From Syncephalis fuscata S228 (lineage: Eukaryota; Fungi; Zoopagomycota), in assembly GCA_025786725.1 (NCBI GenBank), contig JAHLTZ010000006.1, positions 620,001-684,000 on the forward strand: a stretch of 64,000 nucleotides of DNA, read 5' to 3'. Position numbers and translations under genes: made by a program. The first letter of the stretch is position 1. The number at the start of each line of letters is the position of its first letter. Below the pieces are notes generated by a model. The model saw only the letters and a program-made list of their open reading frames with translations, ran no database searches and was not told where the DNA came from. Positions 15,601 to 29,556 of the stretch are shown here, in pieces.

Positions 15601-15979
15601 CCTTTTGTTTCTTTGATGTCTTAACTGTACTAGACTTGTTATCAGTTGTGTCATTAGACGATGAACTACTTTCTGTAGTACAGGTTAGTTGAGGTCGGTT
15701 TATAAGTGATTGCCATAGATAATCTTGAAGCGTTGCATCTAACTGATTCTTTTGACAATCCATACTATTCTCGCCCCTTATTGTTGCTACAGTATGTAGT
15801 CTAATATAATTGGTGGCAAATTCCCATATACGCTCTTTATTACTGCCTATATATAAATGACCATATGTATGTTTATTGTTATAATCGTGTCATTCATGGG
15901 TCTAACCTTGAGCCCCATCCCAGGCTATCTCTTCCAGACAATACTGGACGAGATCGTCTATAGACCAGCCAGTATTCAT
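9642..15979 (-). CDS. TFC3: RNA polymerase III transcription factor TFIIIC B-block binding subunit (tau138/Tfc3/Sfc3), multi-exon
   Basis: N-terminus IDDLVQYCLEEIAWDGAQG; winged-helix segment KIDRRTIYRTVQALEVEGKL; SANT/Myb-like WLPEEDDRLL...W; C-terminal IDAILYRPGV. Apparent frameshift near 11856. Confidence 0.8.
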
Positions 15980-16145
15980 AGTAGGTTCTCTTTAAAGTCA
16001 CTATAAGAAGAAAGGCTACGTAAGATCTACAAGTAACAGTAGTAAAAACAACAAAAAAATATCTTGATTCTATCAATTGGTTCTATTTATATCCACTGTC
16101 ATCAAAACACGCCTATTAACATTTCTTTCTCTCTTCACCGCGACC

Positions 16146-17608
16146 ATGACCACTACAAGTGATCTTGATCGGCAAGTTTATACGATTATTTGAATAAAAT
16201 ACTTGTAATTGACTAATATATATATATATATATGTATATATGTATATATAGACAAATCGCTTTACTCTATGAGTGTAAACTGATTACAGAGAGTGAAGTA
16301 CATCAACTATGCGAGAAAGCCTGTGAGATTCTATGCCAAGAAGAGTAAGTGCCATTTAGACGAGAATCGACTTTATATGCTAAATAGAGTGTGTCTAATC
16401 TATAACAGCAATGTACAATGGCTTGATGCACCTATAACAGCAAGTAGTTTTAAATGTTTAACTAATTCGGTTATATTAACTATATGTACTACAACGTGTA
16501 GTTATGTGGAGATATCCACGGCCAGTTCCACGATCTACTTGAGCTATTCCGTGTCAGTGGTCATTGTCCACAGAAAAGCTATTTGTTTATGGGTAAGTTA
16601 TTGACAAGTGTATTACTAGTCTAATATATATATATATATTATATAATAGGCGATTTTGTAGATCGTGGCTATTACAGTGTAGAAACAATATTACTTTTAT
16701 TAGCTCTTAAAGTAAGTGGCAATTAGTTATTTGTATGTAGTTATAAAGTATGACATCATAGGTTCGGTATCCGGATAGAATTGCTTTGATTCGTGGTAAT
16801 CATGAAAGTCGACAAATTACCCAAGTTTATGGATTTTACGATGAATGTATGAAAAAGTTTGGATCAGCTGAAGTGTGGCGTCATTGTTGTGAAGTATTTG
16901 ACTATTTGTCACTATGTGCCGTGATTGGTGGTCGTATTATGTGTGTTCATGGTGGACTATCTCCATCTATCAATCATTTAGAACAGGTAAATATATGATA
17001 TATAGATATATAGATATGTATATTATATATAGAATACTAATTACTGGTCTATTTATATGTATAATTAGGTTAGAGCCATTGACCGTAAGAGAGAAGTACC
17101 ACATGATGGACCCATGTGTGATCTATTGTGGTCAGATCCAGAGAATATCGAAGGTTGGGGATCAAGCATGCGTGGTGCTGGCTATCTATTTGGCGGTGAT
17201 GTTGTTAAAATGTTCCTACAAGTCAATGACCTTGATGTTATTGCTCGTGCCCATCAGCTGGTTATGGAAGGATATAAGAGCATGTTTGACAATACACTAT
17301 TGACCGTCTGGTCTGCACCCAATTATTGTTACCGGTATGTGATAGGATTAGTATTGATTAGTTAAAAGTACAAAAAAGGATACCGTCTAATGTATATAAA
17401 TAGATGTGGCAATGTAGCAGCCGTACTACATATTGATGAGTATTTAAAGCGGGAAGTACAATATTTCGATAAATCAGGCCAGGTAACAATTATATAATAA
17501 CATTTATGGTATAATATTAACTACTAACTACTATGGTTTGATGATTACTAATTATTATAGGACAAAGTATTGCCGACTCGGACCCCTAAGCTTGATTATT
17601 TCTTATAA
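16146..17608 (+). CDS. PPH3: Ser/Thr protein phosphatase 4 catalytic subunit (PP2A-like family), 8 exons
   Basis: [44 protein letters not shown] and [12 protein letters not shown]; C-terminal DYFL; the N-terminus SDLDRQI is PP4-like. Confidence 0.9.
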
Positions 17609-18175
17609 TTACTATAATAAAAGTATTGATGTAAAAATAAAGACACCTATTACATAGTGTCAATTTATTACCATACCAAAACAGTAAAATGGTGAATGCC
17701 AAGAATAATTATAGCTAATATGCACCTATTGCTATTATTATAACCATCTGGCAATAAGGAGACATTATACGCAAAGGACAGTCGATAGAATGGGGTATAA
17801 GCATATCACTGCATATGCCTAATATTAAACTAAATACTACTATTCGGGTCTTTACTATTTATAGATCACCTGATGGTCAACATGACTCCAATCCATAGGT
17901 TATCGTTCACTTTGAACAGTGACGACAATCCATAACGAGTAACGAGTTTTCAATTAGTATTTTTTGTCATCCTTGTTGTTTTCGTTTCTATTCATGTTCC
18001 AACTATCTTAACACTTTATATATTGCATTCTACTTGTTTATATACGGTTGTTTTGTTTTATTGCTTTCCTGTTTATTGTATTGTTATTTGTTGGTGTTCA
18101 AGTGATTTGCGAGTGTATATCTATCGATAGAAGTAGTAGTGGGAACAGACCAGTTAACTAGCTAACTAGCTAACT

Positions 18176-21100
18176 ATGGAGGCGTTGACCAGTTTTATAC
18201 TTGGCATTATCTCTGGTCTACTTTGTTGTATAGCCTATACTCAGTGGCAGTTCTACTATAGTGATGCGTAAGTGATTGTGCCTCTATACAGCCATAAGTT
18301 ACTAATCAGTCAACTCTAATAACAACAATAACAACAATAACAATAATAAATAGAGAGCACCAGCCTTTACTTGGTGCTACTTCCAATCTTACAGATCGAC
18401 CAAGAAGTCGTTCTAATACGCATTTATCAACACTGAATAGTAATGCAACGCTAAGTGAACCGCCTAGTCACTATGGTATTGGCGGTCTAACCTGGCTATC
18501 GTCTCGGCTTTTCTCATTGTCGAGATCACCGCCAGTACCGCCGCCACGCCGACCTCGATTGGATACAGCTACTATATCGGGTCCTATTCATGCTCCGGTA
18601 GTCGGGTCTTATTTACCCATTCTACGTAGTATGTTGCGACCACCACCACTGCCGGCACTCGAGGATGCATCGGTAAGGTGGGCTGATTATGGCCGCAAGA
18701 GAGAATTGGCCCAGTCAGTGTTGCAACACTTGACACACGAACCACCACTGGGTCGGCATTTACGTATGGCTGTACGTGCTGTACTTCATTTATCACAAAT
18801 CAGTCCAGAAGCAATGGCTATTGATACACTTGAAGCGATTGATTCACCTTTAACCAATGAGCCATCCACTACCATTAATGGTAAAACACTTAACACAGCA
18901 AAATTATCTTCATCGCATCGATTAAGACGACCGGCAAGGAGGAAAACCATTGCACCACTTTTACATGTAAGTATAGATATCAATAATGAACTAATAGCGG
19001 TATAGCTAATGAATAGGATAATAGGAAGCAACTCATGAAGAGGATGACGGTGAGGAAGAGGAAGAAACAGGACCACCAGCAATGCGGTCACTTCATCGTA
19101 GTGTAAGCACTTCGGTAAAGTCAGATCGTCCCGTTTCTGATCCTACATTACTTGAGGCAATTGCTCGATTCCATGCCCATGAAATGTAAGTAATATGTAT
19201 GCAAATAATGAAGTTTATATTAATAATGTTATAATAAATAACAGTGCACGAAAAGATACGCTACAAAATGGTGGAACACCTCACGCCACACCTGTTACGA
19301 GTAATACAGGCACTGTATCACGTATTGACGATACGATGCACAGTCATTGGGATACGGCTGTTCTAGTAGCTGCTCCAGCATCTCCACGTTTAGCAACCAG
19401 TCGGTCATCTGCTGCAACGTATCAACAAGATGCAAATATAACACCTAGAGCATCTCAAATGATTCAACAACATAATAGTATTCGTTCAATTACTAGTCAA
19501 GTAAAGAAAGAAAATGAAGATGAAACCGATAAAACATTTGTCTATCCATCTAAAGTGCATCCTATGGATGCGCAATGTTTATCTACAAGTCCTGAAACAG
19601 ATCAACTACTTACTAATGGTGATATGTCAATTGCCGAAAGTAATGAATTGGAAATAAATAGAGCTATTCAAGGAAAGGAAGAAGAAGAAGTGCAGTTGAG
19701 GGCATCACTTGAAGAGCTACAACAAAAGAAGCGTAGCCGTCGACGTGGTGATCTATTATCGACACTTATGGATATGTCTATCATGTCACTGGAGGGAGAT
19801 CCACTTGTTAACAAATCTGGCACTACATCACCGACCACGATGACCGATGGAAATATATTAAATCAACGACAGAGTGTACACAGTCAAATGGATTCACGTC
19901 CCACCTCATCAGTACTGGATATGGATGCATCATTCTATACACCGCCAGAAACACCAAGCACTACTATGAAGGCACGAGCTGATAGTGTTCGTTCAAGTAA
20001 AACAGTCGGGACAACGTTCCCTTCAGTGCCATCGACACCTACATCGCCACCACCACTTATTAAGACGCCAGATAATGACAACAGTAAATCGCCAACCCAT
20101 CCTAGAATAATGAGTTCTACACGACGACGTACAATGACACCTTCATCGGCTACATCGCCCAATGTAGCACTTGAAACACCATTCTTTACCTCAGAACAAA
20201 TGCATGAATGGCATGTACCGGGCTATGGACGTGTTCGTTTTACCGATCATTGTCCACAGGTGTTTGCTGATCTACGACGCCGTTTTGGTGTTCAATTATC
20301 GGAGATTGATGAAGCACTGCGTAATCCATTTGAACAAGTAACGCGTACATCTGGTAAATCTGAAGCAATTTTCTTTGCTACTGATGCGGGCGAGAAAACA
20401 AGTCCTCGGCGCAAATTTCTATTTAAAACACTTCGGGGCAGTGAACCTGAAAATTTAAAATCATTTTTGCCACGTTATTTAACTCATGTTCGACAGAATC
20501 CAGATACACTATTGCCACGTTATTTGGGTATGTTTACCTTTGAACGGCCCGCCAATTCATCGTCGTTTGCTTTTCCAACATCGACACCCACAACACCGGC
20601 CACACCATCCACAACCCATCAGCATCACCATAGCAATAGTAGTGGGACAAATCCCCTGTCTAATCAGTCATCTACACTATCCGCCTCACCTACCGCATTT
20701 GCTTCACGTCTTAACGATGTTATGGGAACCATAGCTCGTGACTTTTCAGCCGTCACTTCACCGACTACATCAATACTGACACGACTCAATCGACACGTTC
20801 AAGCGAGCCCACACCTATGCCGACAAGTGATGATGCATTCCTGTGCGCATGACACTAGTACTTATGGCTGACGTGTTTGACACGCCGTTAAACATACATG
20901 AACGCTACGATTTTAAAGGTTCAACGGTAGGACGACATACACTGCCTTTAGGTACGGCGGAAATGTCGGATGATGTTAGTCAAGTAACAATGAAGAACTC
21001 GACTTTCGACACCGATTGGCAAGTGGCAAGGCACACTATTTCATGGTTAATAAACGGTCACGCGATAAGATACTACGCCAATTAGAGTTGGATACAACAC

Positions 21101-22099
21101 TATTACGTGAATTTGACTTTATGGATTATAGGTAAGTTTAAATTAATATATATATATATATATACTAATGAAGCTAATTAATGCTAATTTAGTTTATTAA
21201 TTGGCGTACACAAATGTGCGCGTGATACTGTATCAAGGTCCTATCGCACTTTCGAACCAACTGGTACACTGTCACGTACCTCTACCAACCATTCAACAGC
21301 ACCTTCTCCAACAACGGCCAATGCTAGTACAGGTGGTAGTATCTGGACGGCCCCTTCGATCTACAGTCAAAACAGTCAAGCAAATGGCAGTTCATTGGGG
21401 CAGGGACGTTCTCGTCTAGTTAATTTTATTTCAAAGTTAATTTGGACTAGACGACAACAACGACACTTGGAAGAAGGCGTGCTGTCGTCGTCGTCGTCAG
21501 ATAGAACGGCCTCTACGCCGGCCCATACCTATAACACAACCGATTTGGAACGATGTACCACTGACGGCTATGAATCGGTGTCGCTATGGACCGATGGTAT
21601 TCCTTCTTATGGCATACCTCGCGGAGAAATCTACTTTATTGGTATTATTGATATACTGCAACGCTATACCTTCTTTAAAAAGATTGAACGTGGCATTAAA
21701 GGAGCCAATGTTCATTTAAGAGGTGCAGTTGACTCTACTGTTGTAGCAGTACGTGATAGTACTAGTAGTAATGGTGGTGGTGGTGGTGGTATGGGTCGAT
21801 ATGGATCACCGCCCACACCTACGACTTCAAAGCTTAACATACCTGGCAATAGTAATAATAGTAATGATAGTAATAATACTAATAACAACAACAACAATAA
21901 TAATAATAATAATAATAATGGTAATGGTAATGGTACTCAAGGTCGTCGTTTATTACCACTGGCGTCGACTTGGTCCAATGGTGCCATGGCCGTACGTGAA
22001 ATGTTAACACTCGAACGAGAAGAATTTTCAGTCGAAGAACCTGGTCGATACGCTGAGCGATTACTGGCGTTTGTACGTAGTGTCATTAAAGACCAATAG
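18176..22099 (+). CDS. Phosphatidylinositol phosphate kinase (PIP5K-like) with an N-terminal transmembrane helix; two apparent frameshifts
   Basis: PIPK motifs FTDHCPQVFADLRRRFG, SGKSEAIFF, FLFKTL, TLLPRYLG, YDFKGS, MDYSLLIGVH, GIIDILQRY, KKIE and SVEEPGRYAERL. Exon 1 (18176-18267) encodes MEALTSFILGIISGLLCCIAY. Confidence 0.85.
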
Positions 22100-22456
22100 T
22101 TAAGCGATAAACACCTATGCATATATACGATTATAACACTTATTTTTATTCATTGTATCGATTAACGACATAAAGTCTATCTATTTTTTGTTTAATAAAT
22201 TATGTTATTAATACAGAAATGTTGTTATTATACTCTAATGTAACAGTTTAAATGCTATATTATTATAAATGTTTAAAAAGCGTAGTGTTATTTAATAATT
22301 ATTTATATAAATGGAAATTGTTTAAAATAATAAATTCATATTTATGTAGGCTATGTTAGGTAGTTATAATATAGTAAACTACGTTGTCAAAACATTTGAA
22401 CATTAAGTAGCCAGATATATATAATATCAATTAGTTTGTTGAGTTATGGTAGTATC

Positions 22457-23564
22457 TTACAATTCGTCATCTCTAGCAACGACCACATCGGGAGTTGTTG
22501 TGGTTATTGGTGCTGGCACTGGCATAGGCTGGCTTGGAGCGGCGTAAATGACAGTAGTAGTTGGTACTTGACTAGCTGGAGCATATACGGTTATAAGCAC
22601 CATACCAGGATGTGCTACCATATGAGGATATTGTGCTAGATGAATAGCCGTATCCATTTCAATTGGTACGTCATTGCCTTGCATTGCATTCTTGGGAGCC
22701 AGTGTGATTAGATAAAAGACTGCTAAACCAAAACTTGAAAATATCACCATGCCCAGGAATACACCAGCAATGCATAGACAGAGTATAACGTAGAGACACA
22801 TTAGTATAATTGCTTGCTGTAACAACAGTTGGTTAGCGCTATACACTAATGCAATCTTTATTTGGCCTACCTTTTTCTTTTTCATAGTTGCATTTGATAA
22901 ATTCTTTGGGATCGATAGAATATACCAAATTGTAATGGCAAATCCAAAGATTGCAGCAGCCAAATTGATAGCATAGGCAGTAATTCCCATAATGTACATG
23001 GAAAAGTCTATATAGCGCTCGTCTAGCCATACTGTTACAGTAACAATGCTAAGGACGGTCGAAATAAAAAAAGCACCCATCCATGTATAAAAATGTATCG
23101 TACAATCGTTACTTTTTTTCTCCAATGTGCTCTTTCATTGGCCAGATTTTATAAAATAAATTATTTGTAATATTAGTAAAAGGATTACAGCTTGGATCAT
23201 TAATGTATCATTGAATTACCGTTGGATGCTGTAATAAGCAAGAATAGCTAGCAAGATGGATGAGGCTGGATGAGGCTGGAAATCACTATAGCTATAGATT
23301 TGGCAAATACCAACGATATTCTAAATACATTGCACTAGTATTATTATGTGTAAGCTAATAATGTATATAATTTATGCTAAAAGTGTGTATATGTATACTT
23401 ACAAAACAACGGAATCAGAAATAATATTTGTCCCTTGGATTTGGTTTGAGTAAAGCGGAATATAGTGAATCCAGGAATAATAATATAGATAATTAATTTG
23501 ATAACATGCATAAACACTGGTGGCCAGATGACATAGAGTAAAAAAAGGGCTATCCCATTACCAT
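22457..23564 (-). CDS. Hypothetical multi-pass membrane protein with a Pro/Val/Thr-rich C-tail; 5' end uncertain, possibly frameshifted
   Basis: Several hydrophobic helices in ORF 22457..23125. A further hydrophobic exon at ~23402-23564 ends in a GTAAGT donor. Confidence 0.45.
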
Positions 23565-24260
23565 TATAGTTAATAAAAAATAGTGTTTATATATGAGTGC
23601 GAAAATAGCTTTGTTGTTGCTCTTACGAAATTGAATAAAAATACGAAATAAAATTTAAATAAAAGCTCTATTACTGTTGGTATAAAAATTACTGGCAACT
23701 AATAAAGTGGCAAAATTTTTAAACAAATATACAATGCTTTTAAGTTATTTCAATTAATTACGTTAAATGACTAATAGATTTATTGTTTAAAATAGCAGTA
23801 AGGAGTTTAATATTGAACCTGTTTTCTTATTTAATAATTCAGACTCAGGCGTTTTAGATCACTTGTAATATTAATTAAAAACGTGTTTAATTATCAAGCA
23901 CTTTATCCAAATAAGTTGCTTTATATCTCTTTTCCTTTCTTGCTATATAGTCACTAATTGCAATATCTAATTATTGATGTTGTAATAATACATATGTTTT
24001 ATACAGCACTGATCAATATTTATTCTATAATAATATTTATCTAAGTTGATAATCAGTATTGGCACTCACCTATAATATGTTGTTCGCTATAATGTAATAT
24101 TGATTAAATACTATTTAAAATATGTACATGTACAATATCAACAGCCTTATACGTCTTAAAGCATTAATAATTTGCTTACTGTTTTAATGGATTATTCAAT
24201 TTGGAAACTCAAATATTCAGTATTAAATGTATTTGTATTAAATACTTGCAACTAAGCTTT

Positions 24261-25020
24261 TTATTTATAATATGTATGCTTCATACTGGCCATCATTTTT
24301 ATTAATTCGACCAATAACAGCACTTGATACGCGATATTCGGAATGCGATTCTGGCACATTTTTACTTGGAGTTGGTACTTGGTATAGAGAAAATAAATGT
24401 AAACATCATTTGACTGGGAGCTTCTGTGGCCATCCAAATCCATGGAAGATATTGTGGATAGTAAAAGGCACATCCTCGATCGATGTTGTATATAGCTGGA
24501 CAAAAACACCACGTGACAATGAAAATAGATGTTTGAGGCAGTGTAAATGCATAGCCAAGAACCAAAACCCAGCGTTGAAGAAATAGCACCAGGTATGCCT
24601 TTGTAGTATAATCGCACTGTTACTTATTGAGGAAATGGTAAGGCAAAATGCCAAATACCAGACGGATACTCGACACGGTACAATAGAAAACAACATTGCT
24701 GCCATTACGCACAAAGCCCGACTTACGCCAAACAAAGATGGAATTAGACAGAGCCATCCTTTGAGGAGACGCGGCCGTTTGATCACCATTTGAATGGAGG
24801 TGTTAAAGCTGGTTGCAAATAAGCAAGCTATAATCACATCGAATACAACTTGGCGTTGAAGTCCAACAAGACTCTGGACCAAATCTTTGCCGTTTAAATG
24901 ATTTTGCAAAAAGTCAATGGGTTCTATTTCACCGAGTGGATGCAATAAAATGCCAAACAGATAAGTGGCATTTTGTTGCCAACCCACTCCCAAATCTTGA
25001 TCATCATATTTTACAGGCAT
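24261..25020 (-). pseudogene. Frameshifted/truncated paralogue of the adjacent 7TM protein
   Basis: MPVKYDDQDLGVGWQQNATYLFGILLHPLGE aligns to the 26660 paralogue. Similarity switches frame near 24600 (continuing LFLQRWVL...YYPQYLPWIWMATEAPSQMMF), then decays. Confidence 0.65.
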
Positions 25021-25659
25021 AGATGGCAATCTTAGGTGTTAATTTTAAGTAAAAATTAGTGAAAAGCATGGAATAATAAAAACAGTGCTGGGAATAAATG
25101 AATAAACAAAAAACCGGGTGTTTAAAGCTACTTTTAGTAAACAGTTGTACATGTTCTGTCAGAAAATGGAATATTCTTGTAAAAGCCGCGCTGCCCATCG
25201 CTAATATGTAGCACAAGCGCTAAAGCGGCAGTTAATTATGGAAGTGATGCTTACAATAACAGTGGCAAAACAACAAACGAAAACCCGAAAGTAGGCAGAC
25301 GAGGACTATGCCATATTACACAGAGACATGAGTAGCACATGTATGTCCCATTGTTGATTGGCTGTGGCTTCCATATAGTTTGGGCTGCGCAATAACATGC
25401 AGGTTGCTATTTTGACATTGTGATAGCCGCAATTTAGTAAACCGATTTTGGTTACAGTAAATTAGAATCAATGGATTTATGCAAAAAATAATTAGCTTAG
25501 CTGGAACTTATTGTGTATTTGCCATTAACAACAATACATTGTACAATTCTTTATTCAGCTAATGTTGATTTTGTTGGTTAGTCAGTATATTTAACGTGTA
25601 CACAAATAATTGTTATGTCGCAGAATACGATTTATAACCAGTCCAGTATTTCGACATGC

Positions 25660-26660
25660 TCAATTGTATTCGTGGTAAACGGTTTCACTAGCAGTAACAA
25701 TTTGAGAAAGGTGAAGTATATGCGACGTTTTTGGCTTATTCGATAAACTGCTTGTATTTCTCATACTTCTGCAATGGTATACTAAAACTGTTGAAGACAC
25801 GAGCCTAAAGCAATGGCGTAAGTCTGTTGTACAGTTTTATGTCATTCTACCTACCAATCAACAAGAACAAACATTTCAGAAAGCCCACCAAAAATATCAA
25901 ATACAATGATTAATCCGCATAACAGTTTGCACAGAATCACCAAACACAAGGTTTGTATTCCGTCACGTGCCAGTCGCTTCCATGCATTAGAGCCAAATGT
26001 TTGATACTGCTTATATGCAACATATGAGAAAATCGACGAAAACATTAGCTGGCTAGGTGCTTCGACGCCCATCCAAATCCATGGGAGATATGGAGGATAA
26101 TAGAATGTACATCCGCGATTAAGAGCATAAATAATTGGGCATACTCGCCACGTAATAATAAAAATGGCCACTTGTGGTATGGTAGATATAATACCAACGA
26201 TTAGAATCCAACGCTTACGGAATAGTACTAGATATGCTTTTTGCAATACGATCATACAGTTGCTTATTGATGATATAGTGAGGCTGAAAACCAGCCACCA
26301 AATTACACCTCGACAATTTAAAATGGCGTAAAGTATCCCCATGGCCACACAAATGACCCAGCTAACGCCGGATAATGATGATATTAAACAAAACCAGCCG
26401 GAAAGAATACGCGGTCTCTCGATGATCATTCTAACAGCTATAATCGAGTTTCTTAAGAATATATAACCAACTATTGTATTAAGTAACAACTGGTTGTTGA
26501 CACCGATTGCGTAGCCGTTGAAATTATTTGTATTTAGTTGCTGTAGTAAGAAAGTTGTAGAGTCCAGTTCTCCAAAAGGATGTAATGGGATTCCTAGTAT
26601 TTTTGTGGCATTTTTCTGCCATCCAAATCCCAAAACATCGTTATTATAGTATATTGGCAT
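25660..26660 (-). CDS. Uncharacterised 7TM (GPCR-like) membrane protein, 2 exons
   Basis: About seven hydrophobic segments. An intron at ~25805-25854 (GTAGGT...TTTAG) joins LVDW to LVSSTVLVYHC...EYN*. Confidence 0.7.
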
Positions 26661-27434
26661 TGATAATTATCCCAAACGAAGAGTGTACTTTTCAGCAAAA
26701 AAGAATATACAGCGTTTGATGTACAGATATGAAAATGATTTAAAGTGGCGTCTTATTAGAAAATTAAAAAATTATAGAAAGCAGTACTAAATAATTTAAT
26801 ATTAAACTAGTAGTGTAAGTGTTGACAAGGAAAAGTAAAGGGGCCATACTGTTGACGCAAAATGCTCTGGATGTTTATTCAACCGAGATAGAAATGCTGC
26901 TAAGGCGAGTTCCGGTATATTGATAGTGCATGTGCTAGTTTTTTTTGAATATCTATAAGCTGACTGGCACCACGTGCTTGGTGGTACATATGTGCGCCAC
27001 TTGATGCTTTATTTCTTTTATATTCTAATGTTAATTTATCGTTCTCATTGCTAAGCTAAAATTTATTTTGTTTCTTTTAAGACTTTATTTAACAATTGCT
27101 TACGTATAACCTAGCGATTAATATAATGTTTGGCAATTAACAAAATAAAATTAAGCTATTGCTAAATCAGGCTATTTTAAATACGCAATTGTTGCCAAAT
27201 ATAGTCACATGACACTTTTCTTGTCGAATTTTCTTTCGTTACTGCAACCTTTTTTACACAGTTTATACATTGTTTATTACAATAATAATATAAAAGTCAA
27301 TGATTGCACGGATGTTTTTGCAAACAATATTTAAACTTTTTAATATTCACATTTAAGTAAATAAAACCATTTAGTTTATTAAATAATGCGATAATAATAA
27401 AGTGTTAATATTAAATAATATATATTCAAAGAAA

Positions 27435-29556
27435 TCAAACATTGCTAGGTTTAACTTGGACAAGGTACTTGCGACCACGTGGCTGTAAAGTAAAGTAGGT
27501 TACAGGCGTCATATCAGTTTCAGCGCCTGCAGGCACATTGTAATCAAATCGGCGCATTAAGTTGGCTAACAGCAGTCGTAGTTCCATCCAGGCCAAGCTA
27601 AACAAATAAATTATGGATTAGCATTTTCTGTAAAAAATGAAGCATATTATTAACTGATTCAGCGCTTACTTTTGGCCTATACAAGCACGGGAACCCATAG
27701 AAAATGCTAAAAAGTGTTGACGCATCTTTTGATGCTGTTCTGGTGTTGCTTTAATCCATCGATCAGGATTAAACTCTTCTGCATCTTCCCCATAAATTTC
27801 TGTATCGTTGTGAATAGCTTTAAATGATGGCATGATAATTGTCTGCAAGTATTATAAAATAATAAGTTATTAATAATTGTTGCCATGTTATTACTTACCC
27901 CTTCAGATATATGGTATCCTGATATAACAGCACCTCCTTTCGGTGCTTTACGCTGCGTGCCCGGTGCTACGGGACGTACTCTTAATATTTCCCAAATAGT
28001 GGCATTCAAATAGGTTAAATTTTTGACATCGTTATGAACAATAGTTTGCTGCGGATCTGGAAAAGCTTCTATCAGCTCATTCTTCAATAGTTTTCCATAT
28101 TTAGGATGCTTATCCAGTAGATGCAATCCCCTAAATAAACGTTTTTAGTATGTTGAATAAAAATTTAAGTATATATCAATACACCATGTTAGAGTAATAG
28201 CTGTAGTATCTGTGCCACCAACACTAGTATGACAAAACGTTAATTAATGAAATAGCTTACAGCCAGAAACCTACAGTTGTACGATTGATTCGGAAATTAG
28301 CTGCTTAATGTCAAACTTTTCACCAGTTTCTGAATCCTCTGACTCGAGCAATCTTTGCAAAACGTCCTTTATGTAGCCATTTTTAACTTCTTCTCCGCTT
28401 TCTTTAATATTTTCTTTGATACGATTCTCGATTATAGAACGAGCAAACTATGATTTATAAGCTATAGTGATAAAATAACATCGTCCTACTTACATCAAGT
28501 AAAAGCTTTTCAGATTTATAAAATCTAGGAAAAAAGAAAGAGTTGCACAAAGGACCAAGGCTATCTTTCTATAATCACATTAATGAGTGGTTAAATAGCT
28601 GCAATATCGATATAATTTACCATTAGTCCAAGATAAGTAACATCTGAGACCCATTCAATAACTGGATGTTGTTCTCCAGGCTTTGAATTCAAGGCATTGA
28701 AAGTTCCGCCAAATGATATTTCACCAATGACATCCTAAATATATTGATTAGTATTTCACGATGGCTCAATAAAAGTACATACTAGAGTAGTATGGTAAAG
28801 CATTTCCATGATATCAAATGTAACACCTGAAGCAGCATAGCTTTCAAGACGTTTTATAAATGGTTCAGTACCAGCCTTATGCACAAGTGGTTCGATCTCA
28901 GCAACTGATTGCATTGAAAATACCGGTCCAATCATATGTTTCTTTATAAAATGTTAGTTATCTCTGTATGACATGCTGCATATAATTCCATACCAGTTTG
29001 CGATGAAGTATAATATCTCTATAAGTAAGTAACAGGTAAGTATATACAAGTGTAAATTTGATATGCACCTACTGAGTCGAGAATATGTTAGGACATTGCA
29101 TGTCAAAACTATGGTAAAAATCTGACTTGGCAAACTTTGTAGATCCAAGCACCAATTTAACATCATCCCGGTCTGTAATGGCAACAAAATTTAAATCTAA
29201 ATATAATAGATATAACGTTAAATTCCATGTGCCACTATAAAGCACCATAAGACTTGCCGACTCGAATCACCTTGCCATATGTTTAGACATATCGTAGAGA
29301 TATTCGCCAAACTGCCCTGAAACAAGATTATAGATCCAAGCAAGCCGGCCAACGGAGACAAATGGAGGCCCAGGGATTTTGCTCATGGGGGACAGGAAAC
29401 TTTCATAGATTATCTAATTTTGATTGAGTTATTTACTATTACATAATGCTGATCAATTACCTTGGATAGCAGTAGTGAGCCACCAGCAACTGCAATAAAA
29501 TTCCAATCAAAGATGATGTTTGATAAAGAGCTGGCAAGAGTGGAGAGCACGGCCAT
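27435..29556 (-). CDS. Cytochrome P450, multi-exon
   Basis: Heme motif FSMGSRACIG, ExxR (EILR), PDRW, I-helix GGTDTT, and an N-terminal anchor followed by IPGP. Confidence 0.93.

Noticed and set aside
22457-22475. C-terminal DDEL as an ER retention signal
   Set aside because: It ends a multi-pass membrane protein of uncertain model and topology; it could be chance.
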